This document shows positions 18,335-27,274 of a DNA stretch of 64,000 bases, in pieces. The position numbers and the translations under genes were made by a program. Origin of the DNA: a virus. A model generated the notes under the pieces. That model did no database searches. It had not been told where the DNA came from and was given only the letters and a program-made list of their open reading frames with translations. The stretch lies in the IMG/VR virus record IMGVR_UViG_3300040801_001492, positions 37,446 to 101,445 of that record; one strand, written 5' to 3'. How positions within the stretch are numbered: the stretch's first letter is position 1; every line of letters starts with the position of its first letter.

Positions 18335-20809
18335 ATGATATATACAAAAAAACATGTTTATGAAGAAACTTTAAAATTCTTTGATGGTGATGATTTAGCT
18401 ACTAATGTATGGATAGATAAATATGCTTTAAGAGATAAAAAAGAGAATTTCCTGGAAAATAATCCTATGCATATGTATGAACGTGTGGCATCGGAATTGA
18501 ATAGGATAGAAAGAACTTATGATAATCCTTTATCTTATGGTACTATACTTAGGTTACTATTAGAAAGGAAGTTTATACCTGCTGGTAGTAACCTTTTTGG
18601 TATAGGTAATGATTATCAATATACTTCACTGGCTAATTGCTTTGTTATAGGTAATACAGAAGATAGCTATTCAGGATTACTACAGACAGATGCTGAGCAG
18701 GCTCTTCTTATGAAGAGAAGAGGTGGTGTAGGACACGACATATCACACTTACGTCCTAAAGGTAGCTTAGTACAAAATGCTGCTAAAACATCAACAGGCT
18801 CAGTATCTTTTATGAATAGATTTTCTAATACTACACGTGAAGTAGGACAGGGAGGACGTAGAGGAGCGTTAATGCTTACCATGATAATTACTCATCCTGA
18901 TATATTTGATTTTATTACAGCTAAGGATGATTTAACAAAGATTACTGGTGCTAATATATCAGTACGTATAACTGATGAGTTTATGGAGGCTGTTAAAAAG
19001 GACAAGGACTTTGTTTTACGTTATCCACATATACCTAATCTAGAAGGTGATATTGATGAGCTTCCTTTGAATGAAACTATTACTAATAAGTATGGTTATA
19101 TGTTTCGTAAGATAAAGGCAAGACAATTATGGAATGTTATCATTAAACAGGCTCATAAAAATGGTGAGCCTGGCTTATTATTCTGGGATAATATAGTTAA
19201 TAATTCGCCTGCTGATTGCTACGAACAGTTTCAAACAAAATCAACCAATCCTTGCGGAGAGGTACCACTCTCATTCTATGATAGTTGCAGACTTGCTTCT
19301 ATGATATTACCTTCATATGTAGTTGATCCATTTACTAAAAATGCTAGATTTGATTTTGATTTATTTGCTGAGGATGTAGAGAAAGCACAGCGGTTAATGG
19401 ATGATACTATTGATTTAGAAAAAGAACGTATAGAAGCTATCTTAGAAAAGATAAATAAGGAGTATTCTGTTAATAATATTGAATCTGTACTATGGCAAAA
19501 AATACTAACATCATTATTAGACGGTCGTAGGACAGGCTTAGGTACTCTAGGATTAGCTGATGCATTAGCTATGCTTAATATACCTTATGGTAGCCCTGAG
19601 TCTATTAGAATAGCTGAGGATATACATAAATCATTAGCCTTAGGTTCTTATAGTTCATCTATTATATTAGCTAAAGAAAGAGGTTGTTTTACTGCTTATG
19701 ATTATAAGAGGGAAAAAGACCATATTTTTATTAGAAAAATATATGATAAACTATCTAACAAGCTGCAGAAAGAATATGAAAAGTATGGTAGACGTAATAT
19801 TAGCAATCTATCTATAGCACCTACAGGTACATTAGCTATCCTTACAGGTTATTCAAGTGGTATAGAACCTGTTTTTAAACTGTTTTATAACCGTAAGAGA
19901 CGGGTAGATGAAAATCATCCTAACAAATCCTTTAAAGACGATAGTGGTGACTGGTGGGAAGAATATAAAGTATTACATCTACAGTTTAAAAAATATCTTA
20001 AGCAGTTTGGTGATATAGATGAAAAAGATTTACATAAATATATAGAAAAATCGCCTTATTATAATGTTACTACTGAAGATATTTATCCTGTGGATAAAAT
20101 TAAGTTACAATCAGCTATACAACAATGGATAGATCATAGTATAAGTATTACACATAATGTTTCTGAAGATACTACTTATGAATCTATAGAAAGTATCTAT
20201 TTTAAGGCTTGGGAAACAGGATGTAAGGGTTCTACTGTATATAGGCAAAACAGCAGATTAGGTGTTCTTACATCAGGCAAACCTGAAGAGAAATTTAAAC
20301 AGCATGATTCAATAAAAAGACCTAAAGATGTACCATGTGATATTTACATACCTACCAGCAAAGGACAGAAATATGTCGTCTGTATAGGTATTATAGATAA
20401 TCATCCTTTTGAGATATTTGCTTTTGATTATGATGATAATTTTAAGATACCTGAAGATAAAGGTATTCTTAGGAAAGTTAAGAAAGGATATTATGATTTA
20501 ATTATACCTAATGGTAGCAATATAGTTATTAAAGATGTTACATCTAAGATGAGCCAGTCGGAAGAAGACCGTACACGTATGATTTCAACTGCCCTAAGGC
20601 ACGGTGCTGATATTAAATTTGTTGTTGAACAACTTAGAAAATCTAAAGGAGATATTACTACATTCAGTAAAGTTATTGCTAGAGTATTAAGTAAATATAT
20701 TAATTCAGGTACTTTACAAAAAGCTACCTGTCCTGTATGTAATGCTACGTTAGTTTATGAAGGCGGTTGTAATATATGTAAGAATTGTGGCTTTTCAAAA
20801 TGTGAATAA
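18335..20809 (+). CDS. nrdJ: class II (adenosylcobalamin-dependent) ribonucleotide reductase
   Basis: SLANCFV, GGRRGALM, TNPCGE, IAPTGT, SSGIEP, C-terminal TSCPD-like domain and CPVC..EGGCNICKNCGFSKC ribbon; no beta subunit gene nearby. Confidence 0.92.
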   Translation: MIYTKKHVYEETLKFFDGDDLATNVWIDKYALRDKKENFLENNPMHMYERVASELNRIERTYDNPLSYGTILRLLLERKFIPAGSNLFGIGNDYQYTSLANCFVIGNTEDSYSGLLQTDAEQALLMKRRGGVGHDISHLRPKGSLVQNAAKTSTGSVSFMNRFSNTTREVGQGGRRGALMLTMIITHPDIFDFITAKDDLTKITGANISVRITDEFMEAVKKDKDFVLRYPHIPNLEGDIDELPLNETITNKYGYMFRKIKARQLWNVIIKQAHKNGEPGLLFWDNIVNNSPADCYEQFQTKSTNPCGEVPLSFYDSCRLASMILPSYVVDPFTKNARFDFDLFAEDVEKAQRLMDDTIDLEKERIEAILEKINKEYSVNNIESVLWQKILTSLLDGRRTGLGTLGLADALAMLNIPYGSPESIRIAEDIHKSLALGSYSSSIILAKERGCFTAYDYKREKDHIFIRKIYDKLSNKLQKEYEKYGRRNISNLSIAPTGTLAILTGYSSGIEPVFKLFYNRKRRVDENHPNKSFKDDSGDWWEEYKVLHLQFKKYLKQFGDIDEKDLHKYIEKSPYYNVTTEDIYPVDKIKLQSAIQQWIDHSISITHNVSEDTTYESIESIYFKAWETGCKGSTVYRQNSRLGVLTSGKPEEKFKQHDSIKRPKDVPCDIYIPTSKGQKYVVCIGIIDNHPFEIFAFDYDDNFKIPEDKGILRKVKKGYYDLIIPNGSNIVIKDVTSKMSQSEEDRTRMISTALRHGADIKFVVEQLRKSKGDITTFSKVIARVLSKYINSGTLQKATCPVCNATLVYEGGCNICKNCGFSKCE

Positions 20810-20811
20810 AT

Positions 20812-21009
20812 ATGAGTAACTATAATAAAGTAATATGTCCTTTTTGCAACAAACAAATACCTTATATATATGAGACTGTTTATATCTATAAAAAAAAGAA
20901 AAGACGACGGCATAAGCCAAAGAAACAGAAAATAGTTGTAGGTATTGATTTCGAAGGACATAAAAATAACTGTTCTCAATACAGAGAATTTATAAATAAA
21001 AATAAATGA
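20812..21009 (+). CDS. small basic zinc-binding protein
   Basis: CPFC...H..NC with KKKKRRRHKPKKQK insert. Confidence 0.55.
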   Translation: MSNYNKVICPFCNKQIPYIYETVYIYKKKKRRRHKPKKQKIVVGIDFEGHKNNCSQYREFINKNK

Positions 21010-22985
21010 TTTATTATTTAGGAGTAGAGAGACAAGATAATCAGTTTGGAATAGCTACTATAGCTATGATATATGATTATTTTAAAGATAAGAAGGAGAT
21101 TGCTTTTGATACAGAAACGACAGGATTATCCCCGCAGGATAATTCTGTTCTTCTGTACCAATTAGGAGATGTAGATAATCAATTTGTTGTTAATGCTAAA
21201 GAATATGATTTATCTATCTTTAAAGATTTATTTGAAGATGAAGATAAGGTATTCTTAATGCATCATGCTGCTTTTGACTTAGGTTTTCTTTATAAGTATA
21301 AAATTCTACCTGTTAATATATGGGACACTTACTTAGCTGAAGCTGTTCTTTATAAAGGTAATAAGAAGATGCGTAAATCTTTAGATGAGGTAGCATATAG
21401 ATACTGTAAAACAACCTTAGATAAGAGTATACGTGGTATAATACATAAGGTAGGTATTACTTCTGAGGTAATAAAATATGGAGCTGATGATGTTGCTTAT
21501 CTACATAGTATTAAAAGACATCAATATGCACTATTAGAAAAGAAGGAATTATTACTGTCTATACGTCTTGAAAATGAATTTGTTAAAGCATTAGCTTATA
21601 CAAGTTTTTGTGGTATCTATCTTGATAAAAACTCTTGGATAGCTAAGTTTCAAGAAGACTACGATAGTATGTTGAAGTATAAGGAACAGCTTGATGATTA
21701 TATTATTGAACATGGTTATACTAAATATATAGACCAACAGCTATCATTAGATTTTGGTAATAGTAAAAAAGCATCTTGTCTTATTAATTGGTCATCACCT
21801 TTACAGGTAGGTTCGTTATTTAAAGATATAGGTATTAATATTATTGATGCTAAAGGTAAAGAGTCTGTTAATGTTAATAACCTAAAGTTTCAGGTAAATA
21901 AGTTTGATATTCTTCCTATTTATATGGAATATAAGAAGTATGAAAAATCTACTTCAACTTATGGTATGGGAGTATTAAAAACTATTAATTCTGTAACAGG
22001 CAGGATACATACTGTTTTTAGCCAAGTTAAAGATACGGGGAGAATTTCTTCAGGAGATAAAAAACGTGATAAAAATTCTATCAATTTACAGAATTTACCG
22101 GCAGAAGAACGTACTCGTAAATGTTTTCAAGCTCAGGGAGAAAATATTCTTATTGATGCCGACTATAGTGGTCAAGAACAAATTATCTTTGCTAATTTTA
22201 CTAAAGAACCTAATCTAATTAAATTTTATGAAAATGATTTAGGTGATATGCATAGCTATATAGCATCGTTAATCTATCCTGAACTACAAGGATTATCTCT
22301 ATCTGAAATAAAAGAAAAATATCCTCAGTTAAGACAGAATGCTAAGGCAGCCGGTTTTGCTATCAACTATGGGGGTAATGGACGTACTATAGCTAATAAT
22401 TTAAATATACCAGAGGAAGAAGGCAATGAGATTTATGAAAAATATTTTAAAGCATTTCCTCAGGTAGAAGAATATTTTAAGAGGGTTACTTATGATGCAC
22501 TTACTAAAGGACATATTTTAATAAATGATTTTATTAAAAGTAAATGTTATATTTTTCAGTATCATGAGTATCTTCAGTTAGTTAAACAGGTTAATCAGCC
22601 TGGTTTTTGGACTAATTATAGAGCATCTAAACAAAGTACTTTAACCAGAGAACGTGAATATTATAAAAGTATTGTAAGTAAATATTTTGGATTAAAGGGT
22701 GAATTTACTCGTATGTCTCTAAATTATCCAATACAGGGTACAGGTGCAGAAATGATAAAAATGGCTACGATATTTTTCTTTAATCATTTAGTAAAAAATA
22801 ATTTACTATTTAAGGTATATATAGTTAATCTTATTCATGATGAGATATTAATTGAAACACCTAAAGAATTAGCTGAAGAATTAAAAACAGTTTTACAAGA
22901 TTGTATGGAAAAAGCAGGTGGTTATTTTTGTAAAACTATACCAATAAAAGCAACACCTGTTATTTCTAATCATTGGACACATTAA
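21006..22985 (+). CDS. polA: family A DNA polymerase with 3'-5' exonuclease
   Basis: ExoI FDTETTG, motif A DADYSGQE, motif B RQNAKAAGFAINYG, NYPIQGTGA, motif C IHDEI. Confidence 0.95.
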   Translation: MIYYLGVERQDNQFGIATIAMIYDYFKDKKEIAFDTETTGLSPQDNSVLLYQLGDVDNQFVVNAKEYDLSIFKDLFEDEDKVFLMHHAAFDLGFLYKYKILPVNIWDTYLAEAVLYKGNKKMRKSLDEVAYRYCKTTLDKSIRGIIHKVGITSEVIKYGADDVAYLHSIKRHQYALLEKKELLLSIRLENEFVKALAYTSFCGIYLDKNSWIAKFQEDYDSMLKYKEQLDDYIIEHGYTKYIDQQLSLDFGNSKKASCLINWSSPLQVGSLFKDIGINIIDAKGKESVNVNNLKFQVNKFDILPIYMEYKKYEKSTSTYGMGVLKTINSVTGRIHTVFSQVKDTGRISSGDKKRDKNSINLQNLPAEERTRKCFQAQGENILIDADYSGQEQIIFANFTKEPNLIKFYENDLGDMHSYIASLIYPELQGLSLSEIKEKYPQLRQNAKAAGFAINYGGNGRTIANNLNIPEEEGNEIYEKYFKAFPQVEEYFKRVTYDALTKGHILINDFIKSKCYIFQYHEYLQLVKQVNQPGFWTNYRASKQSTLTREREYYKSIVSKYFGLKGEFTRMSLNYPIQGTGAEMIKMATIFFFNHLVKNNLLFKVYIVNLIHDEILIETPKELAEELKTVLQDCMEKAGGYFCKTIPIKATPVISNHWTH

Positions 22986-22995
22986 TAAATAAGTT

Positions 22996-23427
22996 ATGAA
23001 AACAAGAGAAGATTTTTGGGAAGTAGATAAGCAAATGTCAAAGAAAATAAGAGATGAAATTGAAAAAGAAGCATTAATCGAAAATAACAATCGTATACTA
23101 AACTTTATGGATTTTCTTTATGACCCTGTTACAGGTACTATGAGCACACGTAGTGGAATAAAAACAAATATTAAAGAATATATATTATGTACTTGTTCTG
23201 AACTAGAATCTCCTTGTAGCTATTGTAAAGGAAAAATTGATATGAAATTTAATTCTTCATGGGATTGGCTTATGCCTATAATTGAGGAAATATTTAATCT
23301 CGATAAAGACTTGTGGGAAGCAAGAGAAAACATAAAAGATGCATTGATGACTTTTAATATAGAAGAAACCTATTCTGAAGTTATTGAATTTATTAAGAGG
23401 TATAATAAAAATAAAGATGAAAACTGA
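22996..23427 (+). CDS. conserved phage hypothetical protein
   Basis: SSWDWLMPIIEEI motif, CTC..CSYC insert. Confidence 0.65.
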   Translation: MKTREDFWEVDKQMSKKIRDEIEKEALIENNNRILNFMDFLYDPVTGTMSTRSGIKTNIKEYILCTCSELESPCSYCKGKIDMKFNSSWDWLMPIIEEIFNLDKDLWEARENIKDALMTFNIEETYSEVIEFIKRYNKNKDEN

Positions 23428-24019
23428 AATATTACACGAAGATAGACAGAATATATTTTTTACCTCAGATTTACATCTAAATCATGAAAGAGTAATTGAA
23501 TATTGCAATAGACCTTTTTCTAATGTTATAGAGATGAATAAAACTATAGTAAATAACTGGAATAAGGTTGTTGATACTGGAGATATAGTTTTTGTATTAG
23601 GTGATTTTTCTTTTGGTAATCAGAAGACATGGTTATATTTTATTGAACAATTAGAAGGATTTATTTATTTAGTAAAAGGTAATCACGATAAAAGTATACC
23701 TAAAGAAAATACTAATCTTAATGATAAGTTCAAATGGGTTGATGGTTTTCTTAATACCAGAATAATAGATACTGAATTTGATGGTAATGAACAACGAGTA
23801 ACATTATGTCATTATCCTATGTTATCCTGGTATCATTCACATAAAGGAGCATGGCAACTATTTGGACATATACATTCGAATGATTATAATAAATTACTAC
23901 ATACAAAAGAATCTCCTTTTAAAACTTCTCAGTATGATGTAGGAGTAGATAATAATAATTTTACTCCTGTACATTGGAATGAAATAAAAAGTATATTAAC
24001 TAAACAAATAAGGTCATGA
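23417..24019 (+). CDS. calcineurin-like metallophosphoesterase
   Basis: TSDLHLNH, LGDF, GNHD, CHYP, FGHIH, DVGVD; ATG at 23417. Confidence 0.88.
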   Translation: MKTEILHEDRQNIFFTSDLHLNHERVIEYCNRPFSNVIEMNKTIVNNWNKVVDTGDIVFVLGDFSFGNQKTWLYFIEQLEGFIYLVKGNHDKSIPKENTNLNDKFKWVDGFLNTRIIDTEFDGNEQRVTLCHYPMLSWYHSHKGAWQLFGHIHSNDYNKLLHTKESPFKTSQYDVGVDNNNFTPVHWNEIKSILTKQIRS

Positions 24020-24183
24020 GTAAAGATGTAGCTACTTGTCCACTTTGTGGATCAGATTTACAAAAAATAAATGATATTACTTACGAATGTTATGAATGTA
24101 AAATAATCGTTACATTAGAAATTGATACAAGTAATATGGAAGACGAACCTGATTATATTAAAGGAGTAGACTATTATGATTGA
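24016..24183 (+). CDS. small zinc-ribbon protein (55 aa, not in ORF track)
   Basis: MSKDVATCPLCGSDLQKINDITYECYECK...; ATGA overlap with upstream stop. Confidence 0.65.
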   Translation: MSKDVATCPLCGSDLQKINDITYECYECKIIVTLEIDTSNMEDEPDYIKGVDYYD

Positions 24184-24382
24184 TAAAATAGATAAATTAC
24201 AAGATGTATTTGATAATGGATTAACCGAAGTATGGTTTGTATCTACTCCTACTGGTAAATTATATAAATATGTTGGCTCTATAAATAACGTATTACAAGA
24301 ATTTATAGTAGAAATTGATAAAAATAATGAAGAAGATATAAACATCTATGGTTCTGATACTATTTTGGAAATTTTTGCGTAA
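24176..24382 (+). CDS. hypothetical protein
   Basis: 68-aa ORF. Confidence 0.5.
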   Translation: MIDKIDKLQDVFDNGLTEVWFVSTPTGKLYKYVGSINNVLQEFIVEIDKNNEEDINIYGSDTILEIFA

Positions 24383-24494
24383 TTAGAGAAAAATGACTTA
24401 ACCAGATGGTTTCTGAGAGACTTTCTATATACCAGTAATGGTATTATATCAAAAAACATGAAAGTCTCTTAAATCGTCTTAAAATAGCTTTAAA

Positions 24495-24680
24495 ATGGAT
24501 TTAGATAAAAAAGAACTATATACAATAGTAATTTGGCCAGAATCACAATATTTTATAGGAAAACCACATTGTTACCTAATAAATGATGAGCATGGTTATA
24601 TAAATTTTGGAGATTCTGCTTATTTTGTTAGATTAGATATTTATGAAAATATGGGTGCTGATACAAAATTTAATAAGTAA
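24495..24680 (+). CDS. hypothetical protein
   Basis: 61 aa, WPESQ...C.LIN...FGDSAYFV. Confidence 0.6.
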   Translation: MDLDKKELYTIVIWPESQYFIGKPHCYLINDEHGYINFGDSAYFVRLDIYENMGADTKFNK

Positions 24681-24692
24681 ACAATAATAACT

Positions 24693-25106
24693 ATGAGAAT
24701 AATTAAATTTAGAGCTTGGGATGAAAATGCTGAGGTTATGTTTTACTCAGACCAAGACAAAGGAGATTATTATTTCTTTTTAGATACAGATGGGTTACAC
24801 GCTGGATGCCCAGAATTAACATATTCGAGTGGCCCTATGGAACCACCCCAGTACGAACACAGGGAAGTTGGCAATATCATGCAGTACACTGGGTTGTTTG
24901 ACAAGAACGGCAAAGAGATATATGAATCAGATATAATGATTGCTATGATAAACTCAACCCTTGCTGAAGCTGAAGTTAAGTTCTATAATGGTTGTTTTTA
25001 TTTACAGCACATAGGAGTTGAGAAAATGGCTGTGCCATTAGCTGAACAACACTATTGGCAAGAAATTATCGGCAACATATACGAAAATCCAGAATTACTA
25101 AAATGA
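24693..25106 (+). CDS. YopX family protein
   Basis: IKFRAWD, MQYTGLFDKNGKEIYESDI, EIIGNIYENPELL. Confidence 0.9.
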   Translation: MRIIKFRAWDENAEVMFYSDQDKGDYYFFLDTDGLHAGCPELTYSSGPMEPPQYEHREVGNIMQYTGLFDKNGKEIYESDIMIAMINSTLAEAEVKFYNGCFYLQHIGVEKMAVPLAEQHYWQEIIGNIYENPELLK

Positions 25107-25858
25107 AAACATTTGCAGTAGGAGATATTCATGGTGCTTATAAAGCATTACTACAAGTATTAGAGAAATCTAACTTTAGTAAACAAGAAGATAGATTAAT
25201 CTGCTTAGGTGATGTAGCCGATGGTTGGTCTGAAGTGCCTGAATGTTTTGATGAATTATTAACTATTAATAATCTTATCTATATAATGGGTAATCATGAT
25301 TTGTGGCTTTATGAGTGGCTCAAATTTGGTACTTCTCCTGATATATGGACTCAACAAGGTGGACAAGCAACTATTGATGCTTATATAAGACGATTTGAAA
25401 AAGAAGGTAATCAATTTGCTAAAAGTCATGAATATTTTTTACATAAAGCACCTCATTATTATATAGATGAAAAGAATAGACTATATGTACATGGTGGCTT
25501 TAATTGGCATATTCCAATAGAAGAAAATGAACCTTATGATTTAAGATGGAATAGACATGCTTATGAAACAGCCTGCATGTGGGAAACGTATAATAAAAAT
25601 TCATTATATAAATCTGATAAAGAAAAAGATTCTTTTAAAGATTATAGTGAAGTATTTATAGGACATACTGCTACTAATTATTCTACTAATTGGAGAATAC
25701 CAGCAACTGATAAACCTGTACATGTAGCTAACTTATGGAATCTTGACCAAGGAGCTGGTTGGGATGGTAAACTTACATTAATGAATGTAGACACTAAAGA
25801 ATATTATCAAAGTGATATAGTTACAACACTATATCCAGAATCAAAAGGAAGGAATTAG
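25103..25858 (+). CDS. Ser/Thr protein phosphatase-like metallophosphoesterase (lambda NinI/PrpA-like)
   Basis: GDIHG, LGDVADG, GNHD, VHGG, GHT, LDQGAG; ATG at 25103. Confidence 0.88.
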   Translation: MKTFAVGDIHGAYKALLQVLEKSNFSKQEDRLICLGDVADGWSEVPECFDELLTINNLIYIMGNHDLWLYEWLKFGTSPDIWTQQGGQATIDAYIRRFEKEGNQFAKSHEYFLHKAPHYYIDEKNRLYVHGGFNWHIPIEENEPYDLRWNRHAYETACMWETYNKNSLYKSDKEKDSFKDYSEVFIGHTATNYSTNWRIPATDKPVHVANLWNLDQGAGWDGKLTLMNVDTKEYYQSDIVTTLYPESKGRN

Positions 25859-25861
25859 ATT

Positions 25862-26299
25862 ATGAAAAAACTATTATTAACATTAGCAATTATTGCCTTG
25901 CCTTTGATGGGGTATGGGCAGATTATAAAAGTAGATGATGAATCTCATTTGGTTGTTGACAGTACCACATACAACCCAAAGACCAAGACTTTCTCTTTTT
26001 GGAGTGCGAACCAAGAATATTTAGTGATTAAAAAAGAGAAAACCACCTTTGTTGTTGATACCGTTGGCTCATCATGGAAGTATTATCATGGTGATCGTAT
26101 TATTCTCCAAGACCTAATAGACTATCAAGAGTATTGCTATAATGATAGTACTGTTAGCTGGGAATATCAATTTGAAGAGATTGATAAAGGAAGCGGAGTT
26201 GGGTTTACAAACTATAACAAACCAAAGAAAAGAGTTGTTAGGCACAAAATACCAACTTTCAACGGCTTTATTGAATGGATGAAAAATAAAGAGAAATGA
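25862..26299 (+). CDS. secreted protein (SPI signal, N-terminal Gln)
   Basis: MKKLLLTLAIIALPLMGYG|Q, matches the Bacteroidota Q-rule. Confidence 0.6.
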   Translation: MKKLLLTLAIIALPLMGYGQIIKVDDESHLVVDSTTYNPKTKTFSFWSANQEYLVIKKEKTTFVVDTVGSSWKYYHGDRIILQDLIDYQEYCYNDSTVSWEYQFEEIDKGSGVGFTNYNKPKKRVVRHKIPTFNGFIEWMKNKEK

Positions 26300-26592
26300 A
26301 ACAATATAAATTAACAATGGATGATGTTGTTAACTGGTGGCTAGATAAATATCATAATACTAATATTAAAAAAGTTATTTCTGACCATCCTGAATGGGAT
26401 ATGGATAATTTTGATTCACATATTTTTTATGAAGAATATCAAGTAACACAGGAACAACATGATGAATGGAGAGAATGGTTAGTTAAGAGATTAATGAAAG
26501 AATATAAATTACCACGTAAGGCAGTAGAAAAATTTTTATGGTCTATATATCTAAATTCTGCTCCTATGGTAAAAAATGAAAACAATGAATAA
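26296..26592 (+). CDS. hypothetical protein
   Basis: 98-aa Trp-rich ORF. Confidence 0.65.
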   Translation: MKQYKLTMDDVVNWWLDKYHNTNIKKVISDHPEWDMDNFDSHIFYEEYQVTQEQHDEWREWLVKRLMKEYKLPRKAVEKFLWSIYLNSAPMVKNENNE

Positions 26593-26830
26593 TAAACAAA
26601 AATATTATAAATATACTATTACACTTAGTCCTGTTTATTCAGAAAGAGTAAATATGGACTATGGGTATGGACATGGATTTGTTATATATATGGATAATAA
26701 ACCACAAGTTATATATAGTCATATATTTGAATTTTGGACTGAAGATAAATTTGCCGTAAATGATCTTTTAAAAAAAGTATGTGGAACAAAAGGTATTATT
26801 GCTATAAATGGAGATTTTAAAAACAAATAA
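26576..26830 (+). CDS. hypothetical protein
   Basis: 84-aa ORF. Confidence 0.55.
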   Translation: MKTMNNKQKYYKYTITLSPVYSERVNMDYGYGHGFVIYMDNKPQVIYSHIFEFWTEDKFAVNDLLKKVCGTKGIIAINGDFKNK

Positions 26831-26835
26831 AAGCA

Positions 26836-27066
26836 ATGAGTAAAAAAATTACAATTACATTAAGCGATAAAGCAGAAGAATATTTTAATGAGGTAATGTA
26901 TTCCTTACCAAAAAATGATGATGGTACTGGTATATGTACACAAAGTCAAGCAATAAATCATGTTTTAGAAGCAGCATATGACTTTGAACAAACCCAAGGA
27001 ATTGATATATTAGGCTTTATTTACTGTAGAGATAATGAAGAAAAGTTAAATAATGAAATTTGGTAA
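26836..27066 (+). CDS. possible ribbon-helix-helix DNA-binding protein
   Basis: KKITITLSD beta-ribbon pattern, TQSQAINHVL second helix. Confidence 0.45.
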   Translation: MSKKITITLSDKAEEYFNEVMYSLPKNDDGTGICTQSQAINHVLEAAYDFEQTQGIDILGFIYCRDNEEKLNNEIW

Positions 27067-27090
27067 TTACAGATATTTTTTATATCTTTG
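27059..27090 (+). promoter_or_regulatory. Bacteroidota sigma-A promoter for the tRNA
   Basis: TTTG (27059-27062) + 20 nt + TATCTTTG (27083-27090). Confidence 0.8.
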
Positions 27091-27099
27091 TATAACTTA

Positions 27100-27172
27100 A
27101 GCGGGTTAGAGGAGATGGCTACCTTGTGAGTCTCATAAGCTCAAGACGCAGGTTCGAGTCCTGCACCCGCTA
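27100..27172 (+). tRNA. tRNA with CAU anticodon (Met, initiator-like)
   Basis: Full cloverleaf AGCGGGT/ACCCGCT, GAGG/CCTT, TGAGT-CTCATAA-GCTCA, GCAGG-TTCGAGT-CCTGC; CCA not encoded. Confidence 0.92.
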
Positions 27173-27212
27173 CATTAATTACCTCCATAGTGATTAATAC
27201 CAATCTCAAATG

Positions 27213-27247
27213 AAAATACCCCAACGTAATGCTGGGGTATTTTTTTT
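27213..27247. terminator. terminator at junction of convergent arms (probably bidirectional)
   Basis: AAAATACCCCA-N9-TGGGGTATTTT hairpin with T run 3' and A run 5'. Confidence 0.8.
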
Positions 27248-27274
27248 AACTGAGAACGTGTTTATATATAGAGA

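Noticed and set aside
18335-22985. Introns or inteins in RNR and PolA
   Set aside because: Both are uninterrupted, of normal length, with no intein or homing-endonuclease motifs
4283-26317. Short - strand ORFs inside the + arm
   Set aside because: Fully overlap well-supported + strand genes
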